A stretch of 63,768 nucleotides of DNA, filler included, from Collodictyon triciliatum (lineage: Eukaryota), in the NCBI GenBank assembly GCA_043381765.1. It is 5 parts of 5 records of this genome, joined end to end, with 100 filler letters (N's around TTAATTAATTAA, not from the genome) between each part and the next. Parts side by side here need not be neighbours in the genome. Positions count along the whole stretch, not along the records: positions 26,688 to 39,900 come from JBHJMP010002022.1; positions 40,001 to 53,206 come from JBHJMP010002023.1; 3 more parts are not named here. One strand, written 5' to 3'. Of this stretch, positions 34,601 to 45,000 are shown piece by piece. The notes beneath the pieces were generated by a model. That model was not told the origin of the DNA. It searched no databases and saw nothing but the letters and a program-made list of their open reading frames with translations. The stretch's first letter is position 1; the number at the start of each line of letters is the position of its first letter. The position numbers and the translations under genes are program-made.

Positions 34601-36774
34601 AAGTCTCCCCATCAAACAGCAATACAAAGGTATGGGATGCCTAATTCTCATAGGATAGTACTTTTTTTTTTCATATGTTCTTCCTTTCGATTTGCACAAG
34701 ATAGTGGAGGTTTTGGCTTGGGTTGAATTGGAAACCGACACATCTTTATGCCTTTTTATGCTTAGTTTTGATACTGGTTTTTATTGCTCTTATGCGATTA
34801 CTAATATGATTGAGCGTTGGTTATTTTTTATATTCCATCAATAGACTCTTCTTTTTAATGCATACACCTGTAAAAGTCCTTTTAATCCTGTAATAATAAT
34901 CTTAGATTGCACATCCTCGTTCTCATATTGTGAAGACAAGTAAGTGTTTATAATTCCTCTTTTTTTAAAAAAAAAATACATAAATATTTACAAGAAAAAT
35001 TAAAGGCTCCAAGCTTTACCATTTTTAAGAGATTTTTTTTGTTCCAACGATTTGATCGGCTGATTAATGAATGTAATGCTTTTCCACATGCTTTGAACGT
35101 GTGGCACTAAAAGAAAAAATTCGCTCTTTGTTTGGTTCTTTTGTTATTGTAATAATAATGAATATAATAAATATACATACAAGAACTAACTCGATAAATC
35201 ATCACTAGCTCTCTCCGAAGGCGATAACAGCGTACATGCCTCTTCAAGGTTCAACGTAGGTCTGGTTGAACTGCAGGGACGCCGTTCAGCTATGGAAGAC
35301 TGTAGTGTAATATTTTCATACTTATATTCACAACCCTTAGGCCATTTCTCTCCATGCACCAACATTTTGTACCCTTTTTTTTTTCCGTATTCATTTATAT
35401 ATCTTGTGATTATAAGGAAAAAAAAATATATCTTGTGATTACATAGTCAGAAACTTAATTCAACCAGGTTGTGTTTGGCAACTTCCGAGGTCGAGCCGAC
35501 GAAGATTACTTTGCCATTTTTGATGGACATGGAGGAAAGGAGGTGTCCACATATCTTTCTCAGAATCTACATGATTTTCTTACAAAATCCATGGCCGCAG
35601 CGAGCGATATTTCTTCGTGCTTAACTACGGTAATCTTTTCAATTAGACATATATGTAAATGTGGAAATTGCATATCAACAACATAATATGGAATTATTCT
35701 GCAAGGATATCGCCTTCTTGCCCAGCTAACAAATACTAAATTCTTGCCTGGACCTAGGCATTCGAAACACTAAACCAGTCGCTTCCAAAGAGAAATTCTC
35801 ACTGTGGGAGCACTGCTGGTGTTGTTCTTGTCAAAAGAGAGACTATTTACGCAGGTGAGTAAAACTATACTCCTAGCTCAACCATGTCACATGTTGTAAT
35901 AAAACACCCATCCGTCTAGTAATGTATCATTTTGAAAAAAAAACTGCCTCAGATATTGCGATATTCGACTTAATTTTCTATTTAAATACTACGAATGAAT
36001 GATCATCCACATAGCAAATGCTGGCGATACTCGCATAATCTATTGCAGAGAAGGTAACTGCAGCGTCGTTTAATCATAAATCTTCGATGCGACTGAAGGA
36101 ATACCTACAAATGTCTGACTGACAAATCGCAATCGTCATTATCCCTTTCCAGGTGTACCCAAGAGGCTAAGTGTGGACCACCGGCCAACTTTACAGCAAG
36201 AATTCCAGAGAATACATGATTTGGGAGGCCAAATAATTAATAATCGTGTCAGTGGTACTCTTGCTGGTTTGTTTATTATCTTAAACTGATATATTTGCTT
36301 GCTAAACTTACACTTTTACTTGAGGGCTCGCAAGCTCTATAGTCAGTTTAGTCTAATTCACACATACTTTACAGTCACCCGAGCTTTTGGAGACTTCTAT
36401 CTCAGACCTTATGTTATCTCGAAACCGCACATCAGCATGCAAACCCTCGACTTTTCGGACCGCAGTTCCGAGGTAGAATATAATCCATTTGACTTCTATA
36501 TAACATCATCATCATCTCGATTGTATCTATTAAGTACTTTTCGGCTAAAATATATATATATATAGTTAAAATAATAATTTATCTGCAGGTCATAATCATC
36601 GCATGCGACGGCGTTTGGGATGTGATGTCTGATCAAGAAGTGGCGTCAATTGCCCATAAGTTTCTCAAATCAGGAAATCCAAATATCGCTGCAAAAGCCG
36701 TTGCCGAAGCCGCTTACCAACGAGGAAGCCCTGATAACATTTCAGTAATGGTGATAGAGGCATTGAAATCATAG
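30651..36774 (+). CDS. Multi-exon LRR (RNI-like) + Ser/Pro/Thr-rich linker + PP2C (PPM) phosphatase; 5' end uncertain
   Basis: LRR exons 'LSDLDLSSNLFDDE' and 'LKTNKTLKFLDLSSNRF'; linker exon ~34154-34629. PP2C motifs: GRRSAMED, YFAIFDGHGG, GSTA, ANAGDTR, DHRP, VTRAFGD, IIACDGVWD, GSPDNISV. TAG at 36772-36774. An in-frame splice path from LRR to PP2C can be drawn. Confidence 0.8.
35397..35441 (+). mobile_element. Ultra-short poly(A) retro-insertion with 16-bp TSD (intron of the PP2C gene)
   Basis: ATATATCTTGTGATTA (35397-35412) + TAAGG(A)n + ATATATCTTGTGATTA (35426-35441). Confidence 0.55.
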
Positions 36775-37165
36775 TCCTTGGCATAATACAGCAGTTTTCT
36801 GAATGTGGGCTTGTTTTTCTTTTCTTTTCTTTTCCACATCTAGTTTTCTTAAGAAAAGAAAGAATAATAATCGTCATTTGTTGAGGCGTGAGTGTTGTAT
36901 GATGAATCCATCATGGGAATGCAAAGATGTAAACTTTGTCATCTTTATGCAGCTAGCTCCTGTTGTTTAGAATAAGAATAAAGAGACGAAATATGTCGAC
37001 ATTCCCCTCTGCTTTATCGCACGCTTGATTATGATTATTATCTCGCGTGTGCTTATCCTTTTCTTTGGTGTTGGTTTTATCACGGAAGAAAGAAGATGTG
37101 TGGACAAAGCCTCCTGGGACTCTGATTCGGCCGAACGGCTCCTGGGGAGCGACGAGGCGCAAGGG

Positions 37166-39701
37166 CTACTCCATGTCCACAGCTTTCTTGCCCACACTTG
37201 CAGCGCCGCGCGTGCCGGACTTGCCTTCTTTCTCGCGAGGAAGGTCCTTCTCCAGGCTGGACGTGGACGAGGACGCGCGCATCTTGCCCTTCTTCTTGCC
37301 TTTCGTCTTTTTGTTCATCCGCTCCAGGATGTTGGATGCCTCCTGCTTGATCTGCCGGCGGTCGAGAACCTCTTCTTCGTCGTCCTCCTCGTCGCTGTCA
37401 TCTTGGGGCACTGGGCAGTAAGTGCGGAGAGCAAAGCCAAGAGCAGTTATTAGAAGAAAGAAACAAAAGCATGTGTATCTTTTAAATAATAATAATAATG
37501 AAAATAAAAATAAAGGAGTGGAGGGCGCTCCATTTTGCATTACGAATTACGCATTTATTTGCCACAGGTAAGGACAGGACGGGGAAATGAGAAAAGAACA
37601 TGGAAAAGGAAATATATAGGTGCTACTGGATTTGAAGGATGGGACGGATAGAAACATACGTTCTTCCACATCGTCCACTGTGGGGACCTTGACACGGACG
37701 TTGAAGTGGGGGATGTCTTCCGTTCCAACATGTTTCTAGGGGAAAAGGGGATGCAGGACGCGGATATTGGCTGTTAGGATGAGTGAGGAACCGAAGGGGT
37801 CTGCGTGTGTGTGTGTAAATCGTCAATAAACTCACTGCGCCCGGCTTGTCCGCAGCAGATGATGCAGGCTCCCCGGCAACTGCGATGGGCTCTTCAGACA
37901 CGATGGTCTCCATAACCTTGGCAAGCTTCAACTCACACAAGGTCAGCACATCGACCACAGTCTCATCAGACATGGGGACAGGTGGCTGCTCCACTCGGAT
38001 AGAATCCAAACGGTCTGCGAGGTGTTCGATACCGGCCTGATTGAATGACTAGGGTGAGTCTCTGAGTCATATTTTTTTTCCTTTATTCGATGAGTCTCTG
38101 AGTCATATATTAGTTACTGTCAGTGTATAAGGTGTGCAATTATTATATCACTCTACCAGTGCCTAGGCTTTGACTCATTCTTTTTCGGCTAATTATTTTG
38201 GTAAAGTCTTGCTTCATTATTTATGTATATATGTATTTGTTTTACCTTCACGTTGACTAAAATCTTTGCGATCCTCTCATACTTTTGGCGATTACGCTCA
38301 CACTTGGAATTTGCTTCTGAAAGGTGGGTTTCGAATTCATCCACAATCCGACGGCTACCGAGTGAACCAGAAGCAGAGTACTTGATTTCTTCTAATTTTG
38401 CCTTCATTTGCGACTATCACACAAAGAGGATAATTACAAACTGGCCTTTAGAAACAGGCTGCATCGCCTGCTTTCGACAATTATTTGCATATATACATTA
38501 ATATATGATCAAATATACTTTCTCTTCGTTCAATGTTTCAATTCTTGTTTGAGCTTCTTGTTTCAAGGCTTGTAAGTTATTGTGCGTTTCCTCCTATGAA
38601 CGCGTAATGTTTCTCTCTTGAGTAATAATATTAAGAATAAATTGCGTGTCATAACCTTGCTGCACTTTGAATCGAATAAAGGAAGAAAAAAAAAAAAGAA
38701 GTTGAGTGTCACAAGTTATTTAAGATGGTTACAAGATCAATCTAAATATGATAAACGGGACTATGTATATTACCTGAGTGAGGAATTTTTGAATGACTTC
38801 ATTAACATCAGAGACGCCTGTCGCCTCCTTGATTTTTCGGAAGGCATCTTCATAACTTGTGATCTTCTTGGACTGTTCTTCTTCTCGTCTGGTCTCTTCG
38901 GTCACTGTGGATATATTGGTTTCATATAAGTATGCGATGGCTCCAATACCAGGTTTGTTTACTTTTGTGTGCGCCAATGATATTGTGCTGTGTCTAATTT
39001 CCCGTATTATGTTCGTTTTTACTTTGTTCTTTGCGAAGTTGTCTTTCCCGTTCCTCTTCTTTCTGTCGCTGCTCGTTCTGCTCAGCTCTCTATGAATCAT
39101 TAGGATTTGTTACGATATATTGCCGAATTCTATTAAATGCTTAGGTTGGAAACAAGACCCAGTGATAGTGTAATGACTATGAATTATTTAGTTTCTCAGT
39201 AGAATTCTAATTTTACTCTTTTCTCCATTCGATCATTCATTTCCTTCTTCGCTTTAACCATCTGTCTCTTTTCTGATAGCTCAGCCTCTCGAGTTTTTCT
39301 CTCTTCCTCCATGGTTTGTTCAAATCTGGCCAGCTCAGCCTGGATGAGTTACAGCGAACAAAACATCAATAGACCACTCATGTGTGTGTGTTTGTTTTTG
39401 TTGGTGTTAACCTTGGACGCTAGTTGCTCGCTAGAGCAGGACACTGAAAAAAGAAAGAAAAAGAATGACAAACCAGTGCAACGTCTCGAGCGTGGTTGGC
39501 GTCTCGGCACATGACCAATAACTCTTCATAGTCGTGCTCTTTAGCCTTTGTGGCCCGCTCGATTGCTTGGAGCTGGTTATCAAAAGTCAACCGCTCTTCT
39601 TGAAGGCGCTTCACGATTTGCTGGTACGTCTTTTTTATGCTGATGGCTTCGTTATACTTGATCATCGCCTTGTCCAATCTGTTTTCTAGGGCGCGGATTT
39701 G
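37166..39701 (-). CDS. CCDC151: Outer dynein arm docking/assembly coiled-coil protein, CCDC151/ODAD3-like; 5'-truncated at the contig end
   Basis: Exons 'IRALENRLDKAMIKYNEAISIKKTYQQIVKRLQEERLTFDNQL', 'ITSYEDAFRKIKEATGVSDVNEVIQKFLTQ', 'KYERIAKILVNVK|AGIEHL' and an acidic 'DDSDEEDDEEEVLDRRQIK' tail. Confidence 0.8.
38055..38108 (-). mobile_element. Ultra-short poly(A) retro-insertion with perfect 18-bp TSD (CCDC151 intron)
   Basis: TGAGTCTCTGAGTCATAT at 38055-38072 and 38091-38108 flanks the reverse complement of TCGAATAAAGG(A)7. Confidence 0.75.
38639..38714 (+). mobile_element. Short poly(A) retro-insertion with decayed 16-bp TSD (CCDC151 intron)
   Basis: CCTTGCTGCACTTTGAATCGAATAAAGG plus an A-rich tail, between AAATTGCGTGTCATAA and AAGTTGAGTGTCACAA (13/16 identical). 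Confidence 0.65.
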
Positions 39702-39786
39702 CTATGGTAGGATTCATATAGATAGCTTGAATTGAGAGGTACGAATCCCAGGGTAACTCTGATACAGAGAAAATACTTGATATGGC

Positions 39787-39900
39787 TTCTTTCATTCTTT
39801 CTTTCATTCTTTCTTTCATTCTTTCTTTCATTCTTTCTTTCATTCTTTCTTTCATTCTTTCTTTCATTCTTTCTTTCATTCTTTCTTTCATTCTTTCTTT
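39787..39900. repeat. (TTCTTTCTTTCA)n 12-mer tandem repeat at the contig end
   Basis: Direct reading. Confidence 0.95.
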
Positions 39901-40000
39901 NNNNNNNNNNNNNNNNNNNNNNNNNNNNNNNNNNNNNNNNNNNNTTAATTAATTAANNNNNNNNNNNNNNNNNNNNNNNNNNNNNNNNNNNNNNNNNNNN
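39901..40000. other. Artificial contig spacer
   Basis: 44 N + TTAATTAATTAA + 44 N. Confidence 0.97.
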
Positions 40001-41755
40001 TTTTGTTTTTTGTTTTTTGTTTTTTGTTTTTTGTTTTTTGTTTTTGTTTTTGTTTCTATTGGTAAAATATGTCTGGCATTATGATCCAATCACTCAATTC
40101 TTTACATGCGCGATTTTATACACCATTCGAAAGCATCAAATAACATATCGGACACCGAACGAAGCCCGAGGGAACCCGCTTCGTTCCCTCAATATCACGC
40201 GTCGACGTAAAAAAAAAAAAGCAGGTATATTGCGTCTCAAAGGAAAAGAAAGAATGCTTGCTTTAAGATAGTATTTCTTTGTGTCTTAGAGAGAACTTTC
40301 ACGCTTCCAATTGGAAAGTTTGTCAACCCCATGGCATGCTCGATACCCCAGACATTTCCTCATCAATTGCTAGTTTATTGCATAACTTCATTACCAATGC
40401 TCCGTACTTCAAAAAAGAAAAACGATTTTTTCATGTCATATATCAACTGAACCATAATATACAATACCTTCCAAGGAACTGCCTTTTTTTTTTATCTTGT
40501 GCATATTGAAAGAACAATAGGGAAAAAATTACCCCACAGATAAAAGGGATTTGGGGTGTGTGTTATGTGCAATCTGCTGCTCAATTACCACCCACTCGTA
40601 CTTTACATTTATAGTTTCCTGAGTTTGTTATCTCTCATTCACCAATTTATAGTCGCAATGGCCCCGTCTGTCGATGGCATGTAGGGTGCTGTCATATCAT
40701 TTTATTTTATTTTATTTTTTGCATGGCATTGAGGTCTTTGTAAACCCACTTATCTATAAAGTATTTTTTCGGCCTCGCCATTATACCCCTGACCAGCCAC
40801 TCTTCCTTCCCAGCTGTTTTGCCATCATCGCCTTGGTGGGAGGTCAGAATGTCATCATACATTTCCCGTGGATATTGGACATTGAAATCGGTGCGGCGTC
40901 GACAAGAGAAGACCCCGAATTCTTTAACAAATCAGTAATTGGTGCAAATAACTCAGCCATGAAAGCCTGCCATCCCGCTGGTCTTGCTTGCCGAAGAGAT
41001 ACTTGCAGATTGTGAGCCGCGTTTGAATATGATTGCTAGCCTTTCCATCCTGCACAAAATTGAAAGGAAGAAAAAAAAAGTGATTGCTGGTCTTTATTTT
41101 TGGCGGAAAAAATGCGGTCAGGCAGCTCATCGAAAAAAATAACAGACTTCGGCTGGGCGATTTCTTACGTTTTTTTTTTTTTTTTGGCAAGGCGCCTGTC
41201 ATTTAAAAATAAAATGTGGTTTTGTCGTGTGGCTGGAAGGAAAGGAAATCTCAAAGCCAACTTCAAGCTTGTCCATCCCATTTTGTACAAGCCACCAGCT
41301 GATGAATTAGACCTAATCCGCCTTCAGAAGTTTTGATTGACAGATGGATTGATTTCACGTACATCCATATATAGTATCATATAATAATCATAAAATGTCA
41401 ATCACATGCATATATAGTCGTTGCAGTTGCGCAGCAATTACAGCCTCAAAATCTATTTTCCAGCAATAGACACATTCACATAATCCTCCGACAAGCCAGA
41501 TGGATCTGTGATCACCCGATAAACCGATCAACGCAGCGACTTCATTTGAGGTGCTGCAATGCCCCAGCAACAAAAACCAAAACACGAGCGCTAAAACCAA
41601 AACAACTAGAAAAAGAAAATAAAAGCATAACAACAAAACCCTTTCACGAGGTCAAAACCAAAACAACCAAAAAAAAAAAGATTTAAAACACTAATCAAAA
41701 TAAAAGCAAAACAACAAAAAAAAAAAAAAACCAGATCAAAAAAAAAAAAAAAAAA

Positions 41756-41830
<75 letters not shown>

Positions 41831-42004
41831 GGTTCAAACGAAAAAAAAAAGTTCAGTTGAAAAACAAAAAAATCAAAACCAAAAAGAAAGAGAAACAATA
41901 CAAGCCCAAAACACGACCAATCATAAAGCCAAAGACCTATCATAAAAGCCAAAGCCAACTGCCTGCGGAACTGCGGAGCAAAGCGCCAGCGCCACGCCAC
42001 GCCG

Positions 42005-45000
42005 ATGGACCCTTCGTTCAGCGCAGTCGGAAGCGGGCTCCCAACGCACGTGCCCGCGGCTGCCCCGACCACCCGGCCGAAGCGCCACTCGGAGGGCAAC
42101 GCGCTGCACCGCTTCGCCTCCGAGAATCTCGCCCGAAGCACCCTCCAACAGCAGCAAATGATACCAAATCCGGCCGGCGGCGGAGGCGCCTTCCAACCCG
42201 CCGCAAACGGCCTCGGCTCTATGGCCCTGCAGCCTATGCGGTCGCGCAGCGGCTCAAACACGTCGGCGTCGATCGCACCGAGTGCGCAGCCGTCGTTTCT
42301 GTCGTCGCTGCAGCCGTTCGACGGCGGGAAATACTCGGCCGCACACACGAACACGCCGGCGAAAAAGGGCTCCATTGCCGGCTCCCAAGCCAGCCGCACA
42401 GCCCAGTATCCCGCCCCGCACTCGCACTCGCGCGACCAAATGCGAGATTCGGACCACCATCGCGGCTCCACGTTCACAAATCCCGGCGGTGGGCAGCTTA
42501 TGGGCGGCTCCGTCTTTGCCTTTGCCGGGCTGCGCGCAGAGAACATGCCCGTATCTGCCCAGGGACCGGACGAGGCTTTGGATGAGGAGGAGCTCAGCGC
42601 CCTTGATCTGCGCTTCCGGGACCAGACGCTGGAGCACACGTAGGATGCTCTCTTGCTGCTTTGTTTTCTTTTTTATTTGATTTGATTAGATTTGATTTAA
42701 TCATTTTAATTTATCATTCATGTTGATTTGACTCATCGATGCGCCTCCCTTGTTCCATCGTCTAGGTATGAAGAATACTTTTGGGAAAAATTTCACTTGG
42801 AATTACGAGCTTTTTGGGGATGGTGTGAGTTTTTTATTTTTATTTATTTATTTATTTATATATTTATATATTTTGGGACAGAGAGAAAGAAAGAAAGGAA
42901 ACTATAGTTACCTTAATCTCTCCTGTGATGAACGGTTTTTTGAATTGCTCTTGTTTTTGGGTTCTCGTCGAACTGATATCACTCCAATCCCATCTAGCAA
43001 TCATCTCGTTCATCATATACACTGGAATCCTCGTTGCTCTGCAGACTGACAAAGTTTCCATCACAATCATCATACATGGCCTTCTGGTTTTGGCTCCCAT
43101 GACACTTATTTACAAGTTTGGAAACAAGGACTATCTAAGTCATCAATGGTGCATGGCTGCTCATTCTATGGCCATTATATCGAGCACCATCGGTTCTGTA
43201 TTGGTGATATCTCTTCTCTATTTGGATACTGTGGGGAAAGCAGTCTCTCTTGGTGGGATAATTATGATAATGAGCTGTCTTGTCCCCAATATGAGGTTTC
43301 TATTTTAATTACACCCTTCTCTTGTCTTTTTTCTCACCGTTTAATTTCCCAAAAAAATAGAAGAAACAATATCATCTTTTCTTTTTTTTCTTTTGCCAGC
43401 TTTCTAAAATAAAATTATATAGAATATCTTTCGTCCACACAACCGCCATTAATGTGATTGTGTACGCTGCATACATCGCAGCACTATGCTTCTCTGATGA
43501 CGGTTTTTCTAATCCCCTTCAAACTGCGTTACAATTGGCGATTTTATTCGCTGTCTGTCTACTGAATATTCGTGTGGCGCGCTTGGTACATTTTATTCCT
43601 TATGTATCTCTTTACACATCCCTTTCATGGCCTGCTAATGCTCACTTTAAGGCATTTTTATCAAACTTTGCATGTATACCTGACTTTTTTTGATAACGTC
43701 TATGAACTCTCAATTTTTTTTAAAAAAAAAGTGGGAAAGGCACTTCCGATTTGAGTTCATGTATTCCCGTCGAATCGGTGGGGAAAATGAGCGACTCCGT
43801 CTTCAGGTACTAACCTATTTGTGGTTTGGATGATGTGTCTTCGATTTTATATATGATTGTTGAAACTAACCTCCACTTTTTTTTCTCCTTCAGAGAGAAC
43901 ATATTTACAATTCGATTAATATACGCGCAAATTTCTTTGCAGGTTTGGAAGCTAGAGCGTAACTCTCTACGAGAATCTGATGTATTAGACATGGAGTCGC
44001 CCATCGAAAAAGCTGTATCAATTTTAAAAGATGTGATGTCCAGAGTCGGTATGTCTTTTATATACGATTCATCATAAAACATACAACCTAGTTGAGTTTA
44101 CTAGCCCTTCCTGAATTTATTAATTAGCTAGTGTATTCTAAACCTCTTTTTACTCTTTTTTTTCATTATTTTCATTATTTTCATTATTTTCATTATTTTT
44201 TCTCATTTTCTAGGGGACGCTGAGGCCCAGTGTCTTGACCAAGTACTTAAAGTAATCACACAACATCAAGATATGTTGAGACCAAACTTCACGGAACAGT
44301 TTGAGCAGGGGAAAAGTATGTCTTGATTTAATCAACCACATATATCTTTATATGTTTTGATGAAAACTCACGCTCTCTTTTTTTTCTCTCTCTCTCTCTG
44401 GTTTGGGTATATCAATTAGCCATCGATGGAGATGTTGAGAATTGGTTATTTTATGAGCTTGCCTCTCGCGAAAAGAAACCTCTCAGTCGCCAAAATTCTG
44501 TCGGTGATTCTCGTCGTTCGATGACAGCGTAAGTCAATATTCTTCTTTCATTTCGACCTTTCCAGCAGATAATGTAATCGAATTTTGTATCATTCCAATT
44601 ATTCTAGGAGCATCAGAAGATTGTCCGCATTGTCAATTATCCCCACAGTCACACCAGAGTATACCACAACTTTTTGCCATATTTTCTTTTTTCTTTTTCT
44701 TTTTTTCTTTTTTTCTTTTTTTCTTTTTTTTCTTTTTTTTCTTTTTTTTCTTTTTTTCTTTTTTTTCTTTTTTTTCTTTTTTTTCTTTTTTTCTGTTCCA
44801 TAGCTTTGTTGCGCTGTGCTCATGCGCACCCTCATTATATTTCGTTTTATTCATGATTTTATTTATATTTTGCTAGGGAGGAAAATTTACTGGAGCAGAT
44901 GCTAAGTCATCAGATTCCTTGGAACTGGGACGTTTTTGAGATCAACAGCATTACCCATGGTGTGAAATATAGAATAACTCAAAATGGCTATAGCTTATTG

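Noticed and set aside
41695-42680. Several long overlapping ORFs on both strands
   Set aside because: They are by-products of the GC-rich PDE first exon plus the upstream poly(A) run; only 42005 onward on the + strand splices into the PDE.
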